Of a stretch of DNA of 64,000 bases, positions 37,301 to 50,379 are shown in pieces. The notes under the pieces are model-generated. The model searched no databases. It saw nothing but the letters and a program-made list of their open reading frames with translations, and was not told the DNA's origin. The translations under genes and the position numbers were made by a program. Source of the DNA: Reclinomonas americana ATCC 50394 (Eukaryota); assembly GCA_048213135.1 (NCBI GenBank), contig PS015389.1, positions 15,753 to 79,752 of the forward strand, given 5' to 3'. Position 1 is the stretch's first letter. Every line of letters starts with the position of its first letter.

Positions 37301-39154
37301 TCTGCGCGAGTCACCCAACATGGACCTGCGCGTGCGCTTCGGCACCGACCTCGACCTCGAGGACTTCCCCTTTGGCGACGTGCTCCGTACAGAAATCCTG
37401 GAGGCCGTCAGTCGCGCCATCCACCCCAACCACGTGGTCATCTTTGAGGAGGAGAGCGTGGTGGCGCGCTACGCCGACACACTGCAGCAGCGACTCGACG
37501 AGCGCAGTGTCAGTGCCGATTTGGAGCCAACGTTCCAGCGGCTACATCGCGGCCTCTCCGATGTGCTGGCGCAGGAGATGCGCAGCAAGCGTTGCGTTTT
37601 GAAGGGGGAATCGGACTCTGTTGTGTGTGCTCGCCTCTCACCGCTTTGTGGCAGACGAGGTGGCGTACACGGTAATCAAGACTATTCTGCACGCACTGGA
37701 GTACCTGCTGCGGGTGGGCGCGCAGGAGAGCGACATGGATCTGTGTCAGCATGGGTTTGCCGTTATCTCCGAGCTGCTGTTCCCTGGTGAGTGGGGAGAG
37801 AGGGGGATGGGGGGAGGGTGAAGGGAGAGGAAGAAGGGGAGGGAGCAGAGAGAGAACAAGGGACTTGAGAAACACAGGGGATGAAAGGAAGCATGAGGAG
37901 TGTGCGAGAGAGAGAGAGAGAGAGCAGAAAGAGAAATAAAGGCTTGAGAAGCACAGGGGAAAATGGAGACCGAGTGTTGCGGAGAGAGAGAAGGTTGAGA
38001 GCTAGGATGAGAATCGCAGTTTGGGATGGAAAGCAACAAGAAGAGTGTGTGTGAGAGGAGGATAAAGACTGAAGTATAAGAGCGCAGTTAGGGATGAGCA
38101 GAAATGTAGGGGGTGTGTGTGTGAGAGAGAGAGAGAGAGAAAAGATGTAGACTGAAGGATGAGAAGCTCTGTCGGAGATGGCGAGGAAAGCAAGAGGATT
38201 GTGTGCGAGAGAGAGAGAGAGAAAAGGACAAAGACTGAGGATGAGCAGCTGGGGATGGACAGGAAACAAGAAGAGTATGTGCGCGAGAGAGAGAGAGGGA
38301 AAGAGAGAACTCGAGGCTTGTGAAGCACGGGGAATGAAGGGAGCGAGTGAGTGAGAAGGATAAGAGCGCAGTTGGGGAAAGAGAGGAGATGAGAGGAGTG
38401 TGTGTGAGAGAGAAAATTATAGACTGAAGGATGAGAAGCTCTGTCGGAGATGGCTGGGAATCAAGGAGAATGTGTGCGAGGGAGAGAAAGATGAAGACAG
38501 CAGGATGCGCAGCACCGTAGGGAATGGGGAGAAAAGCAAGGGAGTATGAGTGAGTGAGCAGGTTGAGAACTAAAGGGTGGCATGCGCAGTTGGCGAATGA
38601 AGGGTGAGAGAGAGAGAGAGAGAGAGAGGAAGCCGACCGCTTTGTTTGTTGGGTCGTCAAAGACTATGCAGCCTAATTGTTTGAGAACTTCATTCCTGAC
38701 TTTTCCTTGTCCTCCTCCACAGAGGACCCCGACCGATTCGACAGCAAGCTGGTGATGCGCACGATTCTCAAGCAGCGGCATTTCCTTTTCCTCAGCCAGG
38801 TGGCTGAGAGGTGAGCGCGCCATCACATCTTCGCCTTCAACCATCGTTCTCGTAATGGAGTGATTTTCTCGCGTCAGATGTCGCTGGGCGGACGACCTGT
38901 TCCAGGGCCTCCTCAGCCCACACCAGAATCCAGAAATTCGAGCGCGTGTCAACGAGCTGTGTCGGGTGTTGGAGTGCCAGGACGTGGTGTACGATGTGAT
39001 GGCGCGCTCGCAGCACCGCCGGCGACGATTCACACCGCCACTGTCGTCGGTGGGGGCGACGGGTGCGGTGGTGGGTGGCGGTGGAGGGGGTGTAGGTGGT
39101 GGGGGTGTTGGTGGTGGGCAGGGAGTGAGTGCCACACCGCCGCCGCCGAGGTGA
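34362..39154 (+). CDS. Membrane-anchored SMP (TULIP) domain protein, multi-exon; ends approximate
   Basis: N-terminal hydrophobic hairpin-like segment (SYMLGTSHFSIAWVFL); SMP-like motifs SECALLNAIL, IEEVNFGDSPPVV, IPIRVEGLQFAGKVRF, LSLRESPNMDL, FPF.DVLRTEI.EAV...IHPN. Confidence 0.7.
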
Positions 39155-40324
39155 GGGAGTGTGGAGTCATTGTTAAGGAGTGTATTTATTAGGAAAGGAA
39201 ATAGGGAAGGGGATGAAGGGAATGTGGGAGAGAAGGGAAGGGGAGTGGGCGTGTGCAGAAAGATAAAGGCAACGCAGAGAGAGGAAAGAAACCAGGATGG
39301 CAGAAGTAGACGGCAAGAGGAGTGACACTGGCATCGGCTGTCGACCCTTTCTCTATTTGATTCCGCCAGCGCTTCATTCAGGTGCCGCGGGAATGTGGGA
39401 TGAATAGTGAGGCGGGATGAACATGGAGAGAACTGAGTGTGCGAGGCAGCTAGCTGCGTTGCAGAAGGCTGACGACCTGGTTTGGACGCGCTCTGACGCG
39501 AGAAGGTAAAGGCAAAAGGAGTGCCGATTCTCGAGAAAGCGGGCAAATTGGGGCGACCAATATCAACCTGCTTCTCATCTCTTCCTCCTCTCGCTTGCCT
39601 CCTCCTCCCTTCGCAAGAATCAAATAGTTTGACTCTCTAGCAGCGAGCGCACTAGGAATCCCCGCTGCCTTCAAGAATGATGTTTGTGTTGATGTTAACG
39701 TTTGTTGGACTGGTCTTCTTCTCTTGCTGCCTCCTTCAGAACTCGCAAATTCGGGGCGAGTCCTCTCACTTCCTTCCTTTATCCATCTCTCTTTCCCCTA
39801 CTCCCTTCCCCCTTCTCCATTCTCCGCTGCTGTGTTTTGTATTGCAATTGATGTTTTCGATATGGTTGGACTTGACTTGTTTTGGTGAATAACCATCGTC
39901 GTGAGGGTCAACCTATTTCTCCTCTCTCTCTCTCTTCTGTTCCTGTCCCCTACACTCGCAGATCGGGGCAAGTAAGCCAATTCTCTTCTCCTTCTCCTCT
40001 CGCTGCCTTCCTCTCCTCTCGCTGCCTTCCCCTTCATCTCGCTGCCTTCCCCTCCTCTCGCTGCTTTCCCCTTCATCTCGCTGCCTTCCCCTCATCTCAC
40101 TGCCTCCTTCTCCTCTTGCATTCCCTTCTCCCTTCCCCTTCTCCTCTTGCATTCCCTTCCCTGCTCCCTCTCCCTCCGCCTTTCCCCCTCACCTCCCCTT
40201 CCCCCCCCCTCATAATCAATTGTTCCAAGTACACTCCACACACACACTTATTTTTCGTCGCAAAGTCATTAGTAATTTTCTATCCACCCTTTCCCCCCTT
40301 CTTCCCCCTTCTTCCCCCCCCTTA

Positions 40325-42064
40325 TCATGAGGGCAGTGCCGCGGCATCCGCGGCCGGCGCTAATGAGTCCTCGCCTATTAGTGGTGAGGCGCCGCTGGGC
40401 GCCGCCGTCGCGCGTGGCGTGTTACGATCATCGCCCGTGCCGACGGTGAAACTGCTGGCCAGCGCATCGGCCAGCTGATTGCGGGCACTGGCAGCGGCCG
40501 CCATTACGGCCGTGCCGGTGCCGTCGCCATCCATGTCGCCGGCGTCGCTGCCGCCGCCGGCATCCGATTGCACTGGGCTCTCGGTGAACGAGCGAATGGT
40601 GGCCCACTCGGCCGAGAACACCTCGGGCATTTGCACCAGTGAGAGCCAGTCGCGAATGCGGTCCTTTTGCACGTCGGTCAGCACGCCGTCTTGCAGTGGC
40701 GGGCCGACGGGGTCGGGCAAGTTCTGCGCCGACAGGATCGAATGCTGCGACATCATCATCTGATTGACGCCGCTGCTCAGCGGCGTGCCCGGCGACGCCG
40801 CAAACGGCGACTGGTGCGAGCCTATTCTCTGGTGCACCGGCACGCCCATCGAGTACGACGCTCCGCCCACCAGACCGCCGCCGACACTCGCCGCCGTCAT
40901 GCCGCCCGGCACAAAGTTCGGGTGGCACACGGGTGAGAGGGCGCCGGAGCTGTTGTTGTGGTGGCCGCTGCCGCCGAAATTTTGGTGCGTGCCCATGGCG
41001 GTGGGGGCGGTAGGGGCACCACCGCCGGCACCGCCGGCACCGGCCGGACCAATGCCACTACCGTCGGAATCGGACGGTAATATGACTTGCTCGCGCCATT
41101 GCATGATGCGCGAGGCCAGGAAGGGTTCCATGGAGGCGGGCGGGACGACGTGCATGCCGTAGTGCGGGTTTCGTAGTCGTTCGGCAAAGGAGCGGCGGTA
41201 GTTCGAGGTGCCGCCGGCCATGAGTGGGTCGTCGCGGAAGTTCTGAGAAGGGGAAAGGGGGAAAGGGGAAGAGGGAAGGGTGAGGAAAAGGGCGGAGTGA
41301 GGGGAAAGGGAGAGAGGATAAGGAAACCAAGAGCAAAAAAGAAGGAACAGCAAAGGACAAGTGAAAGAGTGGGATTTTGTGCAGAAGCGAATATTTAACG
41401 CAAGAAGAAGGGCAAAGCGAACGGCGAACGATGTACAATTCTAACGACCTGGAGAACTCGAGAGACTGCCACAAACAATCGAAAGAGAGCGAGAGATAAG
41501 AGGGAAAGAGAGCGAGGTATACACCCAAGTCGCTCTCATTTCTTTCTTCTCGCTTTGCCTTCGCCGGTCAAAGAGAAAGGAGAGAGAAAGTAAGCAAAAG
41601 AAGAGATACGGCGACTTGTGCAAGTGATCCAAAAAGTGACAAGGCTCATCGCTCTTCAAACCTCAAACTCCTTCAACAAATGTGCAATAGAACAACGTCT
41701 CGCTCGTCTCATCTCAACGTGAACAAAGCAGAAAAATAGTGGGCGAGTGTGTGAGTCCCTCTGCGCACATACAAACCACTAGCTCACAGTCTCACACATC
41801 TCTTTCACACACAGACACTCTCTCGCTTGTCTCACGTCGCACAACTCACAGAGTGAGCGATTGAGAAGAAGGGCATGCAGAAAAAAAAAAGAAAGGCACT
41901 CACAGAGAGAGAGAGAGACTCACTCATTCCCGACCGCACAAGATCCCTCTCTGTCGCAGGGAGGGCGAAAGAGGACAAGGAAAAGAGGGAGAGAGAGAGG
42001 AGGGAGAGAGAGAAGGAATGAAAGAGCAACTCATTTATCCATACACACATCCTCTTCCTTTGTT

Positions 42065-42096
<32 letters not shown>

Positions 42097-42772
42097 GCAC
42101 ACACACAGACAAACCGATACACACACACTCACTCATCCAACAATATCAAGCGTTCTCTCGCACTCTCTCATTCTTCTTCTCTCTCACACACATACACACA
42201 TACAGAGAGAGAGAAAGCAAAAGAAGCAGAAGGACTGAGAGACACTCCTCTTCACGACGCACAAGCTCTCTCTAACACACAAACAGAGAGAGAGAAGGAA
42301 GCAGGAGAGAATGAAACTCTTTTCGCCACACACACACACACACGCTCTCTCTCTCTCGCTCACATGCACACAAAGGGAGGGAGAGAGGGAGAGAGAGAAG
42401 AAGAAGAGAAGAGAAGAGAAGAGGAAGAAGAAGAAGAGGTGGAGCCCCTTCTCCGCTCTCTCTGTCTCTCTATCTCTCACATGCACACATACACAGAGAC
42501 AGAGACAAGCACATACACAGAGAGAAAGAGAATGTGTGTAAGAGAGAGAGAGCAGAGAATGAAACGCTCTCATCACACAATCACGCTCTCTAGCTCACAC
42601 ACTCTCTCACACACGCTCTCTCTCACGCTCACACACTCTCTCACGCTCACACACACACACACACAGTAAGCGAGAGACGGAGAGAGAGACAGAGAGAGAG
42701 AGAAGAAGAAGAAGAAGAGGAAGAAGAAGAGAATGAAACTCTCTCTTTGTCACACACACACTGTCTCATACA

Positions 42773-42833
<61 letters not shown>

Positions 42834-43169
42834 CCCATACTTCCTCTCGCCCACACTCTCTCTCCCACACACACACTAACCCCCACCCTCCACCCACTCC
42901 CTTCCACCCACTCCACACCCACTCACCTCATCATCCCACGCATTCTTCGTCTCCCCTCCCTGCGCCCCACCACCACCTCCCGCCGTCGACCCCGCCGCCA
43001 TCAACACCCCGACCTTATTCGCCGAAAACGACCCGCGCGGAAGCACCATCGACTGCTGTCGACCTCCCTCCACTGGCGTGCCTCCACCACCTCCGCCTTG
43101 TCCATTAATAGCTTGCACAGAGGACGAGGCAGAGCGGTGCAGCTTGCGCGACGAGGGAGAACACCCCAT
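40325..43169 (-). CDS. Hypothetical low-complexity protein with an MGC N-terminus (exons 43169-42927 and ~41243-40325; small internal exons possible)
   Basis: Coding-like GC-rich frames bounded by a GTGAGT donor and a polypyrimidine-CAG acceptor, both phase 0; MGCSPSS fits a myristoylation/palmitoylation pattern. Confidence 0.6.
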
Positions 43170-44051
43170 GGATGGACGGTGGTGCGACTAACCGCCGAAT
43201 CAAACACTCGCGCAAAATACGTTATGTGTGTGTGCTGCACGTGCGTGTGCGTGTGCGTGTGTGTGTGATAGAGAGCGAGCGCGCGTGTGTCAAAGCACGC
43301 GCAAAGAGAAAGAAGTGATGAAAGTGGTGAACTGTGTTCGTTCGCGTTGCACGCGTTTTGACTTTTCGTTGAGCTCGTGACGTGTCGGATTTGTCCAAGT
43401 CGGGTGATTAATCGATTTCGATATTTGTAATCGAAGCCTGCGTGGGTCGCGTGAGAGACACCGTGTACGCACCAAGCGAATACGCTTCTGTGTGTGAGTT
43501 TTTTTGACTTCATTCTTGTGCGCTGCGCGCATGATCACAGCGCAGCGTGCAATATTTTCGGAATTCGAAATTCCTGCAGTATTCGACAACTGCGTCGCAG
43601 TCTTCAAGATTGCATTGCAAGGACAGCAAAGATGAAAGGCTACGGCTTGCTTACAACGTTTTTCGTGTATTGCACGTGCGGCAGTCTGCGAATGCGGGAT
43701 CGGAGAATTTGAAGGGCTCTTGCTTTTCAAAACGCAACATGCACGATCGTAGTCGACAAGGCCAGCAAGTAGAGAGTACCGCCGAGTTCCGAGTTGCTCC
43801 AGAGGGTGAATGCAAGTCCACAAACCACAACCGAACAATTGCAAGCTTGTCGCGACGTCGACGTTGTTCTCTGCAGCGCTAGCTGCACTTCCAGTCATGG
43901 TCACTCGACATGCTCTCCTCACTGATCGCAGATATCACCACGTGTTGCTGCACTGCAACTGCCACTCAACAGCGACTCGCCCTTCTGGACAGACGTCATG
44001 CATGACGTCCTCCATCGCCTTTCACTCGTATCGCACAACACAGGAGGCGCG

Positions 44052-47000
44052 ATGCTCTCGCGTCTCTCTCTCCTCCTGCGCCACAGCGCCACCAAGCCCC
44101 GCGCACCAACACTCCACCTCCGTGCATTCTCCTCCCACAATGCACACGAAGGACAACAACATCAGCAACAAGAGCAACAACAACAGCAAGAGGAGAAGAA
44201 GACAGTGCCTCCAGAGGTGGTCATCGAGAGCGTGTTTGGAAACTCCTCCTCACGTGCGTCTTACACTCACTCACTCACTCACTCACTCACTCACTCACTC
44301 ACTCACTCACTCACTCCCTCCCTTCCCTTCCCTTCCCCCTTCCCTTCCCCCCTTCACTTCCCTTCCCTTGCCTTCCCTCCCCCCTTCCCCCTTCTCTGCA
44401 GTCTCCATCTTCAAGCTAACCTTGATCACCGCCGCTGTCGTCGGCGGCTCGGCCTACTTTGAGCGCAACGACGCCAGCGAGCGCGCCCAACACCACCTCA
44501 ACGTGCTGCACTCACACGCCACCTCCGTCGTCGACACCGAGGCCGACGGAGTGCGCATTGCTCGCTCCCTGCGCTATGTCGAGTGCGCGCTGTCACTGTG
44601 CGGAACAACCGTGGACAATGCCAAGCCGATGCCGAGTGCGGCGACTGTCGACGAGGCATCGTTGGGGAAGTATGGAGTTGGCGATACAGGTACCGCTGCG
44701 ATTGTACATCAACAACCAATGGTGCTTTGTAGTGATATTTGCGTGCCGGTGCAGTGACGGTGCACTCGGCGCCTCTGTTGGTCGACGCGACGAATGGACC
44801 GGTGCTGGTGGAGGCACTGAAGGGCCTCCTTCGTCAGTTCTCCACTGCGCCAGCGGAGGTGGAGATTGGAGATGCAGGTGGTGTGCAGGAGGAGGAGGGC
44901 GATGTGCAGTATGGAGTCGCGATGTTGGGTGCCGCAGTTCCTCTCACTGCGGAGACGCGGCGGGTGGTGCAGGAGGCGTTGCTGTTGGCCGTGTTGGTGC
45001 CACTGAATGGTTTGTCTGCTGGCGAGAGTGACTTGCAGCTTGTTACTCACTCACTCACTCTGTGTCACTCTTTCTCTTTCTTTCTCTTTCTCTTTCTGTG
45101 TCTCTCTTTCTTTCTCTCTCTTTCTCTCTCGCTTTCTGTGTCTCTTTCTGTATCTCTCTCGCTTTTTTCTTCTGTCTCTGTGTGTGTCTCTCTCTCTCCT
45201 TCACTTTCTCTGCTCTTCTCTTTCTCTCTCTCTATCTCTCTCTCTCTCTCTCCACGAGCAGACACCACCAGCAAGCTGAGCCAGGCGTATGCGGAGCATC
45301 TGTGTCGCGGTGACTTGCCGCGTGTGGCCCTCGAGTGCTCTGTAGAGTTGTACGCCATGCTCGTCAGTGCGCTCCGTCGTTTCCGTGCGTCCTTGTGGGA
45401 GTAGATGGGAGAAGCAGTGTTGTTGGTGCTCACTGGCTTGTCGCAGCTCAATGTGTTTCGTATGTGGACTCGCTCCCGGGGCCAATGGGTGAGGTATGTG
45501 AGTGGTTGTTGTAATCGGAAAGGAAGTTCCCCTTGAGCTCTCTTCTCTCTGTGCGATTGCCCCTTCGCTTCCTCCTTCCCCTCTGCCCTCCTCATTTCTA
45601 CACACTGAGATCACACTTCCACTCAAGCTATCTTCTGTTTCTCGCTCTTCTTTCACACCTCTGCAGTGTACTTCGCTCTCTTCTTCCCTTTCTCTCCCGC
45701 TTCTGCTCTCCTCCTCTTCCACTTGCCTCTTCGTCTCGATATCAGCCTCCCTCCCTTTCCTCACTCTGCCCTACCCCTCATTACTTTCCTTCCTTTTTCC
45801 TTTTCCACACATCCACTCTTTCACTGCTTCTCTGTCTCTCGCTTTTCTTCACACTTCTGCAATGTGCTCTCTCTCTTTCTCTCTCGCTTCTTCTCTTCTC
45901 TCCGAGCAGTTGCCTCTCCGTTTCAATTTCAGCCTACCACCCTTTCCTCACTCTGCCCTTCCTCTCGTTGCTTTCCTTCCTTTTCCTTTTCCACACATCC
46001 ACTCTTTCACTGCTTCTGTGTTTCTCGCTTTTCTTCACACCTCTGCAGTGTACTTATCTCTCTTCTTCCCTTTGTCTTTCTCTTGCTTCTTCGCTTCTCT
46101 GTGTCATTGCCTCTTCTTCTCGCTTTCCTTTCCTTCTCTCCCTTCTCTCGCTCACATCAAGATCACTATGTTTCCTTTGCCTTCCCTTTCCCACTCTCTC
46201 TNNNNNNNNNNNNNNNNNNNNNNNNNNNNNNNNNNNNNNNNNNNNNNNNNNNNNNNNNNNNNNNNNNNNNNNNNNNNNNNNNNNNNNNNNNNNNNNNNNN
46301 NNNNNNNNNNNNNNNNNNNNNNNNNNNNNNNNNNNNNNNNNNNNNNNNNNNNNNNNNNNNNNNNNNNNNNNNNNNNNNNNNNNNNNNNNNNNNNNNNNNN
46401 NNNNNNNNNNNNNNNNNNNNNNNNNNNNNNNNNNNNNNNNNNNNNNNNNNNNNNNNNNNNNNNNNNNNNNNNNNNNNNNNNNNNNNNNNNNNNNNNNNNN
46501 NNNNNNNNNNNNNNNNNNNNNNNNNNNNNNNNNNNNNNNNNNNNNNNNNNNNNNNNNNNNNNNNNNNNNNNNNNNNNNNNNNNNNNNNNNNNNNNNNNNN
46601 NNNNNNNNNNNNNNNNNNNNNNNNNNNNNNNNNNNNNNNNNNNNNNNNNNNNNNNNNNNNNNNNNNNNNNNNNNNNNNNNNNNNNNNNNNNNNNNNNNNN
46701 NNNNNNNNNNNNNNNNNNNNNNNNNNNNNNNNNNNNNNNNNNNNNNNNNNNNNNNNNNNNNNNNNNNNNNNNNNNNNNNNNCTCTCCCCCCCCCCCCTCC
46801 CAGGCCTTCCCGCTCCCCGCCACCCGCCAAGCCTCGTTCGACCGCGCCATCACCGCCTGGTCCTACCCGGTCGTCATCGGCGTCAACGCACTGGTGGCCG
46901 CGCTTGTCGCCGGCGCATGGCACCGCCTCCGACAGCGCCTGCACATGAATACCTACAGTACGCTGGAAGTGATTAGCGCGGCCGACTGGCCACGCTACCA

Positions 47001-47283
47001 GAGGCTGGCCGCCGTGAATTTTGCGCGCTCTCGCCGCTACACCATGCTGGCGCTGGCACTCATCGGCGCCATCAACGGCTGGGCATACAACGCGACGGCA
47101 GTTCGCGAGGTCGTCCGTCATGGCGGCTCCTCAGAGGAGGCCACCGTAACCTCGTCCGTGGTGGCGGCTGTGCGGACACTGATATTCCTCATTGTCGCCA
47201 ATCGCGGCCTGTATGGTGTCGTGCCGTGCATTGCTGAAATCTTTTTGCCACGCGTCACCACGCACTATTTGGCCCCGTCGTGA
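44052..47283 (+). CDS. Hypothetical membrane protein with a mitochondrial-type presequence, paralog A
   Basis: MLSRLSLLLRHSATKPR..RAFSS N-terminus; hydrophobic segments; exon-by-exon similarity to paralog B. Confidence 0.7.
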
Positions 47284-47583
47284 TGGACGACGAGCAGGGA
47301 GGCGCGCGAAGAATATGAATGGTGTTGTGGTCAAGGGAAGGGAGTTGGGAGTCCGCAGGATTTAATGTCCAAGGGTTGAAGTCATGGGGGAAAAAGTGAT
47401 GCCGGTGCTATCAAAGGGAACAATTGCCGCTCCAACCTGCACTGGAACAAGGGTAGCATGCACATAACCCACACGGCAGAGCAGTGAACAGGACGCTAGG
47501 AGGTCACAGAGACGATTGTCGGGTTGTTGTCCGTTCTGTCATAGAGCGAACTATTAGCTGTTGTCCAGCACTTGTTTTTTTCA

Positions 47584-47831
47584 ATGTTCCTTGTGCGCGG
47601 AAGTGGTGCACTGAGCCGCCTGTTCACGCGACGCCTCCATCGCGCACCATTCACCGACAGCGCGCCCACCAACAATGTCCCCCCGACTGCACTCACAGTG
47701 GACGAGGTAGTGGCGAAGCACTTTAGCTGGTCACGCCCAAGCTTCGTGACATCCTCGTGCTCCCTCCTCCTCCTCCTCCTCCTCTGCTTCCTGGTCGTCC
47801 TTCTCGCCCTCTCTTCCTGTCCTTCTATCTT

Positions 47832-47862
<31 letters not shown>

Positions 47863-49922
47863 CCTCCTCTTCTTCCTTCTCCTCTTCCTCCTTCTTCCTC
47901 TTGTTCTTCTTCTTCTCCTCCTCCTCCCCCTCCTCCTTCCTCTTCGCCTTCTCCTCCTTCTTCTCTCACTCACTCCCCGCACAGTCCTCGGCAAATTGGG
48001 TCTCCTCTGCGCTGCCTTCGCCTCTGCCGCCGGAGTCCTCGAGTGGTACGTGCGAGGAACACAATCTGCCGAGTGCGCAGCCATGCACCTGGCCAGCCTA
48101 CAACAGGAGCAACCGATCGCCGACGAGAGCAGTACTAGTGTGGTGAATGCGTTGACGTTTGTTGAGTGCGCCTTGTCACTGAGCGGATCGTCGGGGCGAG
48201 TGGACTCTGCCGTGGAAGAGTCGATGAGAGCGTTTGTTACTGGACCGGGTACGTCGTTCAGCTCACGGGATGGAAAGCTTCCAGTGGGCTCAATGGTGTG
48301 GTGCACTCAGTGGTCAACCACTCGGCGCCGTTGTTGGTCGACGAGACGAATGGACCGGTGTTGGTGGAGGCACTCAAGCGCATGCTGCGAGAGGAGAACA
48401 GTCGGATTCGTGAGGCGCTTCGGCGAGCGCTGTTGGTGCCGTTGCATGGTGTGCTTCATGTTTTTCCGAGGTTGTTGCTCGGCGCCACGGTCTCACTGGT
48501 CAACAGATGCGACCAGTGCTGTGGCTGGTGCGTATGCTGCACATTTGTGCCGTGGCGATCTGCCTCGTGTGGTGCATGAGTGTGATCCGGTGCTGTTTGC
48601 GACGCTGGTGGATGCGCTTCGCCGATTCCGTTGCGTGTACGGTTGAGTGGCGCAGGGGCGTCTTTGTCTGACAGTCTGTCGGGTGGGTCTCTGCGCAGCG
48701 CAATGTGCCGTGTACATGGAGTCGCTTCCGCCGCCGACCGAGGAGGTTTGTGACTTGTTGGGTCCACTTTGACATCATCTCGCTCTTCTCGGTGTCGCTG
48801 CATCGCTCCTCCTCCTCCCGCTGTCGCTGCATCGCTCCTCCTCTCGCCGTCGCTGCGTCGCTCCTCCTCTCGCTGTCGCTGCATCGCTCCTCCTCTCGCT
48901 TTCGCTGCGTCGCTCCTAGCCTCCGCTCGCCGTCGCTGCATCGCTCCTCCGCTCGCCGTCGCTGCATCGCTCCTCCTCTCGCTGTCGCTGCGTCGCTCCT
49001 CCTCTTGCTGTCGCTGCGTCGCTCCTCCGCTCGCCGTCGCTGCGTCGCTCCTCTTCTCACTGCCACTGCGTCGCTCCTCCTGCTGTCGCTGCATCGCTCC
49101 TCCTCTCGCTGTCGCTGCGTCGCTCCTCCTCTCACTGTCGTTGCGTCGCTCCTCCTCTCGCTGTCGCTGCGTCGCTCCTCTTGCCTGTCGCTGCGTCGCT
49201 CCTCCTCTCGCTGTCGCTGCATCGCTCCTCCTCTCGCTGTCGCTGCGTCGCTCCGCCTAGGCCTTCCGCTGCCAGTGCCTCGCTCCTCTTGCCGTCGCTG
49301 CGTCGCTCCTCCTCTCACGATCACTGTTGCTGCATCGCTCCTCTTCTCAATCTTCGTCTCCCTCCCTCCCACCAATTCTGTCTCGCTAATTGACTCTCCT
49401 CTCGGTCGCACACAGCCTCTCCGCCAAGGTACTCCTCGTGTCAGTCTGAGCTCGATCGCATTTGGCGACATGCAGCCCCTGGACCTGGCCGGTCACGCCG
49501 CACTCTACGTAATGTCGAGCGCAGCATTCACTGCTGGGTGGTACTACTTCCGACAGGCGTGGTTCACCAAAGCTGCATTCCTCGGCCCAGCCGCACTCTC
49601 CGAAGCCGACAGGCCACGCTTCCTCCAGCTGACAGGCAAAATGTTTCCCCGTGCACGACTGCGTGGCATGTTGCTGATCAGCCTCGTGTGCCTCGGCAAT
49701 GTGCTCCTCCTGGACGATCTGGCAGTTCGTTGGCTGCTTCACGGCGGTGCGTCGTGGCAGACGTCGACGGTGATGAACGGTGTGGTGTCCGCCGCACAGA
49801 CGCTGGCGGTGTTGATCGCTATCTTCAGGCAAACGTACCCGATTGTGCCGTACTTCGCGTCCGTGTTCTTTGCTGGATTCCTGTTAACGAATGCCCTGAC
49901 TGGATCTGGAGCGCGGCAGTGA
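47584..49922 (+). CDS. Hypothetical membrane protein with a mitochondrial-type presequence, paralog B
   Basis: Arg-rich N-terminus; shares VECALSL.G, APLLVD.TNGPVLVEALK, AYA.HLCRGDLPRV..EC and ALRRF with paralog A; hydrophobic last exon. Confidence 0.7.
48790..49340. repeat. Intronic minisatellite, ~23-26-bp unit (gtcgctgcrtcgctcctcctctcgct), about 20 copies
   Basis: Directly visible tandem units. Confidence 0.95.
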
Positions 49923-49986
49923 AGTGTGAGAGACAGACACTGATGGAGAAGTCGAAGGGACTTGTAAATGTGGCGAACGAATTGTT

Positions 49987-50268
49987 TTGATATTGTCGAA
50001 GTACGGCGCACAGGTCGAGCTCACCGTGGCGTACCGGAAGGACGAGGAGGCACCACAGGAGGCGTACGACCGCAAGGCGGCGAAGTATGCCGAGCTGATG
50101 GAGAAGATCCGAACGCACACTAGTACTGGAGCGGTGGTTACATTTGTTTTCACGCAAGTTGGAACGTGTGCACAGACCACCCGGGCGTCGTTGAAGAAGA
50201 TGGGCATTGAGTGGTGGACAGGTGCTGCGTGGAGATCCTCCGGGCGGACTATGCGATGTTCGCTTTAA
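49987..50268 (+). mobile_element. Fragment of the restriction-like endonuclease (RLE) region of a non-LTR retrotransposon
   Basis: VELTVAY......EAYDRKAAKYAEL....VVTFVFTQVG....TRASLKKMGI matches the E-x-T...KxxKY...G...L..LGI pattern at the end of R2/R4/NeSL/CRE-type ORFs; no reverse transcriptase nearby. Confidence 0.6.
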
Positions 50269-50379
50269 TTTAAATTTCCGCTCGCAAGCCGGCTCAAAAC
50301 CAGAACCAAGCAAACAATCTTCCACTCGCAGCAGCCTCAGAGCAACTAGAACCATCGCGTCGCTACTGCAGCACACCCA

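Noticed and set aside
48456-49471. ORFs with RRSDAATA/QRQREEE repeats
   Set aside because: Translations of an intronic minisatellite, open in several frames
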